From Octopus vulgaris (Eukaryota): a stretch of DNA of 64,000 bases. Every line of letters begins with the position of its first letter. Position 1 is the first letter of the stretch. The stretch is from the NCBI GenBank assembly GCA_951406725.2, contig OX597837.1, positions 22,320,001 through 22,384,000 of the forward strand, given 5' to 3'. This document shows, piece by piece, positions 12,890-24,482 of this stretch. The position numbers were made by a program, and so were the translations under genes. Below the pieces are notes generated by a model that did not search any database, was not told where the DNA came from, and saw only the letters and a program-made list of their open reading frames with translations.

Positions 12890-13610
12890 AGCCAGTGTGC
12901 CAACAGATTATCTACTACATGAGTGAACACACAAGTATGATAGACAAATTCCTCACAAAGAAAGAGAATAAACAAATGATTGCAAACAATGTGTCTTTCT
13001 CTGTTGAAGAATGTATCCCCAATATAGATGAGCAATTAATAGCATCAGAGTAAGAGCCAAGACACACAACACAATGTGCAGAAGACAGGGAAGCTGAAGA
13101 ACCATCAACCAGTAGTTGTAGGTTCAGAGAATCTTGTGATAAAGGAGAAGACAGAGATTTATAACACAGTGGAAAACTTAGAGTTCCAACAGGATGACCC
13201 TTCCTGATGGCCATTTACCAAATCTGTGGCTGGTGCCTTGGGTTCCAAATCAGACAGAAGGTGATATGATGGTGGAAGAGTACAGTAGATGTAAACCATA
13301 AAAACCAAAGGATTGCTTAGATTGAAACAGAGAGAGCTGCAGCGAACCATGTTAAGTAGCCAGAAGAGAAAGTGGACATTAAATATGCTTAGAAAAGGGA
13401 GAAGTAGAAACTAAGAGGTTTGCACATGTCTTGCATAGGAAGCTTTCAGAAAGATATGAAGTGTTCCAGTTTGCAAGTCTATGTATGAGAGAAGATTGAG
13501 AGGTCTTCAGAGAGATGAGTGTAAACAATGAAAATGGCTCAACTGCCCTTACTAGAGCCTAAAAGAAAGTTATGGAAGAGCTACTAAAAGAGGTAGTTGA
13601 ATGAGGAGAG
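12890..13610 (+). mobile_element. Highly decayed RTE-like LINE (endonuclease-to-linker region)
   Basis: Degenerate translation ..IIYYMSEHTSMIDKFL...VEECIP.. resembles the RTE TY.SG..SQIDY.L...EEC..QH region. Many stops. Confidence 0.45.
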
Positions 13611-14329
13611 TCAATATTTACAATATACAAATAGAAAGGATTACACTGTGTAACAAACTTTTAATTTTTTTTTTTTAATCTTTGGTCAGTGTTATTTCCT
13701 ATTTGCTTCAATCTACAAATCAAAGGAAATCACTACTATTCCCTTTAAACTTTGCTCTTGTGACCTGGACATCAATGTTTTGAAACTGACCTATTTCCCA
13801 GTACTTTTCAGACAGATTCAGCACTGAGTTGCTGAAGCAGAACTTTCTAGAAGCTTTAAGTGAACTTTCGAGAAGCTTTTAAAAGTTTCAAGAATTTCTA
13901 GAATGTTTGAGCAACATAGAAATACACGGATTGCAAGCCTAACAATTCAGTTCACTTCAAGCTGTCCAAGTGGAGACAAATATGAGAGAAGCAAAGTTTG
14001 AAGGAAATAGCCATACTTTCATAGTTTCTAGAGGTAAGCAAATAGGAAATAACAGTTGCTACCCAAGGACATGAATCATATTTTACTGTGTAATGATCCA
14101 AGCTGTATTTGTATATATTCTATTTTGATTTTATCTTATATATTTGTGCTTAATTATTGTGGCTTTTTGTCAACAAATTTTATTCAACAAAAACAATTAC
14201 AACACGTAACAAAATCATCTTTAAATGATTATCCCATAGCATATTCACCATCTACTTCAATTACTGCTTCCCGTTTGCTTGGCAGACGGTCAGACTGTCA
14301 TTTAAAGATGTTTCTGTTAAATATTGATA

Positions 14330-14510
14330 TTAGTTAGTTAGTTAGTTAATTTGGCTCAAAAGCAAATAGCAAGGCCATGTAGGGGGACATGGAGTTAAGT
14401 ACAGGGTGGTGTTCATGTAAAGAGTTCAGGCCACTTGAGGTCCAGGGAGGCTTTGAACAAAGCGGTCGTCGGCATCTTCACCATCTCGTCTGGCAGCTTG
14501 TTCCACGGAT
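14330..14510 (-). mobile_element. CR1-type LINE 3' end with (CTAA)n tail
   Basis: Minus strand WNKLPDEMVKMPTTALFKASLDLKWPEL. Same family as 28841-29072. Confidence 0.8.
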
Positions 14511-15868
14511 TTGTTGAATAAAATTTGTTGAAAAAAAGCTGCAATAATTACGCACCAACCCAATATTATTAATACCTTAATTCATAAAATTTATTTCCCA
14601 TGTTGTTATGAAACCTGTAACTACAGCATTAAAATAGCATCATAAATTCCAGACTTTATTTCAACATGTTATTTTTATTTATATATATATAATCTTATGT
14701 CCTACTTTTATAAGGAGTATATGTATATAAGGGAAAGTGAGGGTAAGAGAAAGAAGTGTTTGCCCTAGAACCTAAGTATGTGCAAACATGTACCATTGTT
14801 ATTCATTTCTTTTTTAATGCTTGCTTTTTCTATATTGGCAAGTATTGGACAAGTATTGCAGCCAGTAATCTATGCCCAAATGGTCATCTTGTTGCCAATG
14901 CTTAATATGTTCTATAAGTAGGGCACTTTTATTCCACTGACGTCCTAACAAGATGAAATTATCAAATTACAGTACACATTGTCCATGAGAGGTGTAAATA
15001 ATGTCACAGTTTTTGTTCACAGAGTGACAGTGTAAAGGCACATAGAAACCTTACCAGCTTCATACACATATGTTCCTTTCAATAACTTTATCATGAATTC
15101 TTTACTGACATTTTGTCATGTGCTCAACCAGATATTGCCTACTTGGTATCTGTGGTGTGTGTGTGTGTGTATATATATATACATAATTGATGTGTGAACA
15201 TCAAAAATATATCCACAGTAATTCAGGACTCAACTGATAACACATAATTAAACTCCAATTTGCTAATATAATGCAGTAAATCTTGATGGACCAAACTTGC
15301 ATGCATATATAGAATCAGCTAAAAATGATTGTTGAGAGCAGCTTCTTTAGAATAAAAGCTTTAACTTCACATGTAGCTCATAATTTGTCCTCTACAACTG
15401 TTTCAATAGCATAAAACACCATTTATATAATTATAATACGTAACTGGAAAGCAATGGGTAACCCATATCTTCAGGAGAAAAAAATGGTAATTGAGAAACC
15501 AGTGCTGATTAAAAACAAACATTTATAGTTAAATCTATAATGGTTTTCTTATTATCATTTCTTTTCTCCAGAAGATATAGGTAACACATTATTTAGATTA
15601 ATCAATTATATATTTTATATACTTAATGATAGCAGATAGTCATAAAATTGATTAAAGTGCCCAGAGTTTCAAGCATAGCACATTTTGGTGATTTTGTGTC
15701 AATTGATACATATATATATATATAGATATAGATGGAGAGATAGATAGACAGATAGATACATGCAAACAGATACAGTGAGACACATTGTTACACGTACACA
15801 CACAACACAAAGAAATGACAACAGAAATTTCATTCCCAACACAATCAAAGCAATAAAGTACAACTTAC

Positions 15869-15970
15869 TTCACCAAGCCGATTCTTGAGCTGTTGTAAAC
15901 TAGCTTTTCGAAGGCCAGCAATTTGTTTCTCTAATTTTTGCACTTCATTCTCAAGTGTAGATTTTCTTTT
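15869..15970 (-). CDS. DOT1L: DOT1L internal exon (102 nt, phase 0-0): KRKSTLENEVQKLEKQIAGLRKASLQQLKNRLGE (coiled coil)
   Basis: Acceptor tttctcttgcAG, donor GTaagt, heptad pattern. Same 34-aa length as the human segment EKNAQLL...FQQKLDE in the AF10-binding coiled-coil region. Confidence 0.9.
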
Positions 15971-16243
15971 CTGCAAGAGAAATTCCATCATCATCATCAT
16001 CACCATCAAATTCACAATCACCATCACCATTCTTCCTTTAACATCTATTGGTCCACACAAACATGGAATTTCACGATATTTCACTCAGCAAATTATAAAT
16101 TTTTTTTTTTCATGTTGGCTCAGAGAGATCCCACTGTAACTTGATAATACTTATTGTCTATTGACCATATAAGATGTGAAATCTTGTTTTCTACTTCCAA
16201 ATTCAGCCAAGTTTGATACAACCTTTCATACCTATAAAAGGAT

Positions 16244-16430
16244 CATCATCATCATTTAACATCCATTTCTCATGCTGGCATGAGTTGCACGGCTTGACAG
16301 GAGCTGGCAAGGCAATGGCCACACCAGGTCCCATAGTCTGTTTTGACGTGGTCTCTATAGCTGGATACCCTTCCTAAACACCAGACACTTTACAGAGTTA
16401 CTGGGTGCTTTTTACATGGCACCATCACCA
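16244..16430 (-). mobile_element. SINE/LINE 3' part with (GAT)n tail
   Basis: Reverse complement of the 44541-44857 element. Confidence 0.75.
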
Positions 16431-16693
16431 ACCATAACCTTGTCATTCATAGTCAGCTTTAATCCAGCAGACTTAGGATTAAAGGCCTTCCAACCATGAC
16501 CAGACAGCAGTATCCAATGTGTCCTTTTTCTTTCTTTTTACACGGTACAACAATGATTCAAGGATGATTTAGTTGCTGGTCTAGCTGCACCTTTACAAGC
16601 AAGCAGCAACACAAGTGAAACTAAATAGTTACTGAAAAATGTTTGTTTTTCAATACTAGTGAAAGATCTTCACTAAAAAATTGACATTAAACT

Positions 16694-16911
16694 TTGACCC
16701 ATTAGTATTTAAACTGGCCATATCTGGCCCAAATAGTCTATTAGTTTTACACTCACACTGGCCAGATCTGGCCTCTCACGTCAATCCTACAATGCCATTC
16801 TAAAACTATATAATCATATCATTGAAATTTTGAAGCTGTAGGATAAAGTATGATTAATTCAGAACAATATGAATAAGCATTTGGCAGAATAACCCAAATG
16901 CTAAATAGTTA
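16694..16911 (+). mobile_element. piggyBac-type MITE family A
   Basis: Shared body with degenerate TTAA/CCC ends. Confidence 0.75.
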
Positions 16912-17061
16912 GTGTGTAACAATTTGGATGGGTGAATCACTTATAAAGAAGTTTTGGTATTCATGCATTTCCTAAGTGTATTATTGATTCCAGAGGAGGA
17001 GGTTCTAACTAGAAATCAAAACCAGTTTGTCTGCTAATAAAACAGATTAAATCTGCCCTAG

Positions 17062-17490
17062 TGGGCATGGCTGTGTAGTTAAGAAGTTCATTTAGCAACC
17101 ATGTGGTTTGGGTTCAATTCCACTGTACAGAACATTGGGCAAGAATGTCTTCAACTATAGCTCCAGGACAACCAGACTCTTGAGAATAAATTAGGTCGAC
17201 AAACTGAAAGAAGCTAGTGCACACGCTTTACTTCTCTTTCTCATTTTAAGTGTATTGTGTGGTAAGTAGCTTGCTTACCAGCCATATGGTTCTGGGTTCA
17301 GTCCCACTGCGTGGCATCTTGGGCGAGTGTCTTTGGTAGACGGACACTGCAAGAAGCCTGTCATATATGTGTGTGTGTGTGACCAATAGAATAAGTAATA
17401 GGCTTACAAAGAATAAAGCCTGGGGTCGATTTGCTCGACTAAAGGCAGTGCTCCAGCATGGCTGCAGTCAAATGATTGAAACAAAAGAAT
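17062..17490 (+). mobile_element. Two adjacent Octopus-type tRNA SINE pieces
   Basis: Heads with A/B-box-like motifs at ~17068 and ~17257. 3' tail matches the 26216 copy. Confidence 0.75.
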
Positions 17491-17848
17491 ACACACATAC
17501 ACACACACACATACATATATACGCATATGTAAGTATGTATGTATGTACACGCATACAATTTATACATCCTGGGATGTAGCAGGACCTCAAGACAGTGATG
17601 ATGGACCGAGAAATGTGGCAGGTGGACTTTGTTGCTACAGCCATAATAATAAAAAGATATACCAGAAATACAGCACAATAACCACTGTATATCTACCAGG
17701 AGCAGTGAAAGTAACTACCCATAAACATAGATGAGAGACAGAGTAATCTCCACTTACAAAATATAGTGACAAGTACACAACCACCAACCGCAATACAGTA
17801 ATGACCACAGACACCAAAGAGACTTAATAACAACCACCATATACATAC

Positions 17849-17940
17849 CTTCTCCTCTTCTATTTGTCGTTCAACTGTTGTTTTATACTGCGGTGTTTTC
17901 ATATAATTTAAAAATTCTGTGTAGCGTTGTTTGATGTTGT
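17849..17940 (-). CDS. DOT1L: DOT1L internal exon (92 nt, phase 1-0): (D)NIKQRYTEFLNYMKTPQYKTTVERQIEEEK
   Basis: Acceptor ttcattgcAG, donor GTatgt. Aligns without gaps to human ESFKIQYLQFLAYTKTPQYKASLQELLGQEK (identical KTPQYK). Confidence 0.95.
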
Positions 17941-19485
17941 CTGCAATGAAATAACTTCATATCAAATATTCCTGTCGACAAAATTATATTCCATATGATA
18001 TAACAAATCAATTATGTTTAGGGCTACAGAAATATTTGATCAACCAATAGTCATGTGTGTACTAAACAGTCATACTCACCAATGAGAGATCAACCATAAT
18101 GAATTCACTGACACCATGATGTACCATTAAAAGTTAACTCAACAAATGCATAGTGCTACTACTGCTTACAACAGTACCAAGATAGACTGCACTGGCACTA
18201 AAGAAACTTAAGCATTTTAGCCTCAGTACTGAACAAGACTAATTTTTGTAAGGAATATTTGTTGTCTGAGCAACACAGCATGAACGAGAAGTAGCGAACT
18301 ATATTTAAATATTAGAAAGCCTTAGCTGTGATAATGAACTATAAAAATGTAAACACATTCCTTGTATGTTTTTGCATGCAGAGAAAAAATGGTGAGGAGT
18401 CTCCTGATGGTATGTTTCACAGTTTATTGACCACTCTTAAGACGATGCACTCAATCTCCCTCCCCAATTAATAGTAAAGAGTTCAGCTGCTATATAAAGC
18501 AGTCAGCAATTAAGCTAATACAGCAAAGGATAGTTTAATCTGCATATACTTCATTATATGCTTATTTAGGCCACTATCACTACTAAAGCTTTTTAATATT
18601 TAAATTTATTTCTCAAATGTCACTGGGGTCAACTTTACCCTTTATCCTTTCAGAGTTGATAAAATAAGTACCAGTTGAGCACTGGTGTTGATCTAATCAA
18701 CTTAGCCTGTTCTTCAAACTGGCCGGCTTTGTGCTAAAATTTGAAACCAACATTTAAAATTTATTTCACTACTTCTGATTCACACACACACACACACACA
18801 CACATGCAAACAAGGTAATTGGGTACATCTTTGAAAAGCGATTAACAAATCGTAAAACAATCTGTCAAGAGACTTCCTCTGTTTTCCACATATTGAAAGT
18901 ACAGAATGAATGTATTTATGTCCTTATGCAGTTCTTTATTATAGTTAAAACTTTATTTCAGTACTGCCAATCTTTGTATTTGCCCTATTACTGCTGCCAG
19001 TCATTTTACCTCTTGTTCAATTGTCTATATTTCTAAGATGATTCATGATGATTCAAAGCTGCAGGTGATGCTTGCAAGAATAAAACTGTATTACAAGTAT
19101 CACAAGGTGTAGACATGGCTGTGTGGAAAAGAAGTTTGCTTTGCAACCATATGGTTTTGGGTTCAGTTCCACTGTTTGGCACCTTGTGCAAATGCCTTTT
19201 ACTATATAATACCTGGCAAACTAATGCATTGTGAGTGGAACTGGTATAAGGAAACTGTATGGAAGCTCATTATCTATATGTAATGTATGTGTGCAACAGT
19301 TGATATTCCTCAGCTTCATTTCAGTAAAGCAGTGATGTCATGTTTACATTCTTTGTAGATATTATGACCAGTTGCTATGTGCATTCAAAAAAGAAAAAAG
19401 TAAAGATTGGCAACAAAAAGTGCATTCAGCCATAAAATGCTGCCTCAAATAGTCCTTCTCCACACTAGAATTGGAAAGACATAGG

Positions 19486-19713
19486 TTAACCCTTTAGCAT
19501 TTAAACCAGCTATACCTGGCCTAAATATCCTATCTGCTTTATGTTTAAACCTACAAGATCTGGCTTCTCACACCTACCCTACAATGTCATTCTAAAACTA
19601 AACAATCACATCATTGACATCTCAAAGCTAAAGGTTAATGCATGATTAATTCAAAACAATGTGAATAGGCAAGTGTTACATTTGACGAAGTAATCTGAAT
19701 GCTAAAGAGTTAA
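19486..19713 (+). mobile_element. piggyBac-type MITE family A
   Basis: TTAA-CCCTTTAGCAT ... ATGCTAAAGAG-TTAA. Confidence 0.85.
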
Positions 19714-19807
19714 ACACACAAATGGTAATTGAGTCTGAAATGAAAACATTGTAAGGGGTGAAGAGGCTGTCAGCAGAGAGGATGCTGTGCTGAAGACAGT
19801 TACTTAC

Positions 19808-19939
19808 CAAAGAAACGTTGCATTGCTGGAGGTACTTCTAATGCTGCTATTGTATGAGGTTGCGAACCAGATTTGAAATAGGCATCAGAAAAGGAAGTCA
19901 TTGAACGATCATTGCAACTAACACTATTCTCACTGGAAG
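19808..19939 (-). CDS. DOT1L: DOT1L internal exon (132 nt, phase 1-1): (A)SSENSVSCNDRSMTSFSDAYFKSGSQPHTIAALEVPPAMQRFF
   Basis: Strong acceptor ctttcctttcttgttccAG, donor GTaagt. PPAMQRFF aligns with human DOT1L PPALQKLL. Confidence 0.9.
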
Positions 19940-20011
19940 CTGGAACAAGAAAGGAAAGATCAGAAGAGTTACAAGACTCAGGTAGTTCAGTATTTGAATT
20001 TAAATTCCATA

Positions 20012-20380
20012 TAGGCACAGATGTGGATGTGTGAACAAGAAGTTTGCTTCCCAACCACATGGTTTTGGGTTCAGTCCTACTATGTAGCACCTTGGGCCAA
20101 GTGTCTTCTACTATAGCCCTGGGTCAACCAAAGCTGTGCAAATGGCTTTGGTAGATGGAAACTAAGCCCATCACGTGTGTGTGTGTGATTTTGCACTCCC
20201 CAACTCGACCACCAGTGCTGCTGGCTTGTTTATGTCTCCATAACTTAGTGCTTCAGCAAAAGAGAGGGATAAAATAAGTACCAACTTTATAAAATAAGTA
20301 CTGGGGTCAATTTGTTTGACAAACCCTTCAAGGTGGTGCTCCAGCATGGCTGCAGCCCATTAAGTAAATCAAGTAAAATA
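20012..20380 (+). mobile_element. Octopus-type tRNA-derived SINE
   Basis: Near full-length match to the 26216 copy. Starts ~70 nt from a DOT1L acceptor. Confidence 0.8.
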
Positions 20381-20791
20381 TATACTACGAAGGAGTAGGT
20401 AGAAATTGCATACAATGTACGCAGTGTAAATTATGGATCCACAAGACACATATTAGAATGACAGGTTGGTTGATAGTGGTGATAAGATTTGCAAGTAATA
20501 GATGTACAAAGAGTAAACAAATACTTGTAAGAAACACACGAAGTAGCTTCATGCTTGGAAAGCTCTCTAAAAGAAATTGATAAGACTTGCTACCTAAGTG
20601 ACATAGTTAGCAGTAGTGGTGGGTGTATCGAGAATTTAATAGCCAGGGGTGAAACTCACATACATATGAACTGCTCCAAATAAAAAGGCTGACCAACAAC
20701 TTTACCATTTGTGCGCAACAAACTTTTCGAAAAAATGTTTTGGAGTAAAACCAGTGTGAAAGATAAACTGACATCTAATTAAGCTAATTAC

Positions 20792-20914
20792 CAGTTGATG
20801 ACGTTGATAAAACCGTTTGCTTGTGCAACAAATTGAGTCCGTCAATTGCCAAGGCTTTGTTCTTATTTCTAGCTTTGGGTCCTCGTGGTTTACAGACAGC
20901 ACCTCGGCGCCGGA
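20792..20914 (-). CDS. DOT1L: DOT1L internal exon (123 nt, phase 1-1): (V)RRRGAVCKPRGPKARNKNKALAIDGLNLLHKQTVLSTSST
   Basis: Acceptor ttttcAG, donor GTaatt. GLNLLHKQTVLSTS matches the DOT1L motif (human ALDALHAQTVS), preceded by the basic region. Confidence 0.9.
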
Positions 20915-21316
20915 CTGAAAATGAAAAAAGATTTAGAAAATTATATAAATTACAAACGTGTGGGTGTGTTTTTGTAGATACAAAGAAGAAAGTACTCAAT
21001 ACATGTAACAGAATTTGTCTCAAGCCAGTAATTCACTCCCTTATAAAAAGAAAGTGGCCATACTAGAGCTCAAATTAATCAACAGGCTCTGTCCCAGCCA
21101 TCGCCTTATCTTTGAGTGATGGCAGTAAATAAATAAAACAGTGGAAATAATAAAAATTAAGAGATGTTAGTCTAAACTCGTGGTTCTCAACTAGATTCAT
21201 ATGACCCTTGGGAATCCATTTAAGATTTTGTGGTCAAAATCTATGTGCAATAAATTGTTATACTTTTATAATACATAAAGTATTTTAAAAATTTTTTAAT
21301 ACAGTTCCTAATAATA

Positions 21317-21545
21317 TTAACCCTTTAGCATTTAAACCGGCCATATCCGGCCAAAAGTATTCTGCCTGTTTTATGTTCAAACTGGCCAGATCTGGTCTCT
21401 CACACCAACCCTACAATATCGTTTTAAAAATTAACAGCTACCTCATCAAAATCTCATAGCTACAAGATAATGCATGATTAGTTCAAAACAATGTGGATAA
21501 AGAAGCATTAATTTTGGCAGAATAATGTGAACACTAAAGGGTTAA
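21317..21545 (+). mobile_element. piggyBac-type MITE family A (best-preserved copy), nested in an hAT-like MITE (21179-21635)
   Basis: TTAA TSD on both sides, TIR CCCTTTAG...CTAAAGGG. Host ends cgtggttctcaac / gattgagaaacactg. Confidence 0.9.
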
Positions 21546-21875
21546 ATCATAATAAATATAATATGATTTTTTAAACATCAAATGGCTAGGAGGAATCAAA
21601 TGGGTCCATAGGTAAAAAATGATTGAGAAACACTGATTTAACCTAATAATGCAAACACTAAAGGGTTAAACTTGCAACTTTTCCTTTTAATGTAATTTCC
21701 AGAAGACTAAGTACCCTAAAATAATCCTGGGACTCAAACATATTTTAACATAAAAACCAAGAGATTACCCGTCTCAAAAATCTAACCTGTTTAAGAATAC
21801 GTTTAAATTGATCAATTAGTCAATAACCAAACTGTAAAGTTCAAAAGGAGCAAAAATATTGTTAAAATACATTAC

Positions 21876-22008
21876 CAAACTCTCCATTGGTCCTGGTACC
21901 TTCCTCTTCCTTCGTCATCTTACTGGGGCTAGCTTTACTCTTTCTGCGGTTCCGTTTCACTATTCGAGTATGACATGTTGGTTTTTTAGTTTCCCCCTGG
22001 AACTGCCC
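21876..22008 (-). CDS. DOT1L: DOT1L internal exon (133 nt, phase 0-1): GQFQGETKKPTCHTRIVKRNRRKSKASPSKMTKEEEGTRTNGEF
   Basis: Acceptor ttgctatttcAG, donor GTaatg, open frame with a basic patch. Phases join exactly with both neighbouring exons. Confidence 0.85.
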
Positions 22009-24089
22009 CTGAAATAGCAAAATTAATCTAAATTTGGTTGTTCATAAACATAATCAATAATAATAATAATAATAATGATGGTAACAACAATTGTTTCTAA
22101 TTTAGGCATAAACTTCCCAAGCACATGGTTCAGAGTTCAGTTCTATCGTGAGGAACATTGGGGCAAGTGACTCATACTATAGCCTTAGACCAACAAAAGT
22201 GAGTATATTTGGTAGATGGAAACTGAAAGAAGCCCATCATATGTATGAGTGTGTGTGCATACACATGTGTCCGTCCCCCACCATTGCTTAACAACCTGTG
22301 TTGGCTTGTTTACATCTCCCATAACTTAGCAGTTTGGTAATAAAAAAAATAAAAGTACTGGGATCAGCGCAGTAGCCCAGCATGGCCACAGTCCAATGGC
22401 TGAAACAAGTAAAAGATAAAAAATTCATTAACTTAGGTCTTTGAAGCCACAAGACTCAAACTGCTATTTGTAATTGCCAGATCTGTACTAATTAGAAATT
22501 GATCATTTCCAGTAACAGACACACCACAACATTGAAATATTCTGTCAATAATTTATTTTTAAGAATCTAGTTCAATGGATGGATTAAACACCTCACATGA
22601 TAATTATAACTGGGATGGCCACAAGTGGAATATCTCTGATCACTTAGCTAAATGATCAGAGCTGACCTGGAGCAAAAAAAAAAAAAAAACAACCAACACC
22701 CCACAATACTAATTACTTAATCAACACTGGCTGTTCACTGGCCTCAAGTAAGAACCATAACAGGTGTGTGTGTGTGTGTGTATTCTTGTCTCTTCATGAC
22801 ACTACCATTTAAAACTTATTACTCACTCACTGAATGGAGGTGGCTAGCTTTGTGGTTAGGGTATTGGTCTCATGATTGTAAGATTGTGGTTTCGTTTCCT
22901 GGACCGGGTGATGTGTTGTGTTCTTGAGCAAAACACTTCATTTCATGTTGCTCCAGTTCACTTAACTGGCAAAAATAAGTAATCCTGCAACAGAATGGCG
23001 CCTTGTCCAGGAAGGAATATATATGCCAGAGAAACAGAGAAGCCGGCCACATACTCCTTACAAAGAAATGTGGACTAAATTTTGACAAGCAGGACTATGT
23101 TGATTACATCAACCCCAGTACTTGACTGGCACCTTATTTTATCAACCATGAAAGGACAAATGGCAAAGTTGACCTCAGAATCTAAAGACAAACAAAATGC
23201 TACTGAAGATGATAAAATTGTATAACACATTCAAGAAACATCAGTAAATATTGCCCTACAAGATTCCCTAAACTATGTAAAGTGCCAGGTTTATGTACAA
23301 TTGGTACATTCTCAGGAATTATTGAAGATAAAACATTCACATAAAATAGAATTCTAAGACAGCAAGGGTTTTATGACATTTTTCTCACAAACAATGTTAA
23401 TAAAACAATCTCTATGATATGAATTTGTATATCTCACCTTATACAGAAATAGACTATATTATTTAAAAATAATAATAAATCAAGTTAATTATTTTCAAGA
23501 TCCCATATTAATTATAGAAATGTAATAGATATTGCAGAGACAGTAGAAGGGAAAAAAATTCAATATTTATGATAGTTTATCTAATTTGTTATTTGAATTT
23601 AATACAACACCGAACTTGCAGCAGCTATAGATAAACCCTCAATAGAACTGAGACAAAACTATTGTAGTGACTGGAGGTGTGTAGTTCTATGATACGGATG
23701 AAAGGAAACTGAAGTGATGGAGGTGGATACCACATTAGGACTCTAGAGTAATGGATAGATCTGTGGAGTAGATGGCAGAAGACTGCTATGGGTGATAGAG
23801 ACAGATCTATGGGAAAACTAGTGTAGGGGTAGTGAACAGATCAATGGAATAGATGATGGAAAACTAGTTAGGTAGTAGCAGTTAGTTCTGTGGTTGTTGA
23901 TGTCCAAGGGTGTAGAGAAATGTAAGGATGGTGGGAAACAATCAGTGAGAAAGGAGAGAGAGAGAGAGACCCAACTGATTGCTAAGTTTCCACACACAAG
24001 ATCATGTCAATGGGTTATACAATAACTTATAGACACAAATTAAAAAATTATCAATTATAATTATTCTTCATACAGATCTAAAAAGTACA

Positions 24090-24482
24090 TTAAAAGCACC
24101 CATGCCAATGCTATGTAAAAAAAAACACCTGTGCTGGTGCCATGCACAAAGCACCTACACCAGTGTACCCATGTGGTACCACATGTAAAAGTCTACATAT
24201 AAAGCACCGGTGCCAGTGTCATGTAAAAAGCACCTGTACCAGTACCATTTAACAAGCACCCATGTTGGTGCCACATAAAAAGTGCCTGTGACAGTGCCCT
24301 GTATAAACCACCCATGTAGAAAGTACCCAGTACACTCTGTAAAGTGGTTGGTGTTAGGAAGGACATCCAGCTGTAGAAACTAAGCCAAAACAGACAATCG
24401 GAGCCTGGGCAGCCCTTCAGCTGGCCGACTCCTGCTGAACCATCCAACTCATGCCAGCATGGAAAAACAGACATATGATGAT
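24090..24482 (+). mobile_element. (GAT)n-tailed SINE with expanded 5' tandem array of ~24-bp units
   Basis: About 9 degenerate units of gtaaaaagcacc.gtgc.ggtgccat, followed by the conserved ...gttaggaagg.catccagctgtagaaac...catgccagcatggaa tail. Confidence 0.75.

Noticed and set aside
15938-16144. Poly-His / poly-Met ORFs
   Set aside because: (CAT)n microsatellite next to the DOT1L acceptor.
24090-24335. CRISPR-like repeat/spacer appearance
   Set aside because: Eukaryotic context, degenerate units without unique spacers, no cas genes, and part of a SINE.
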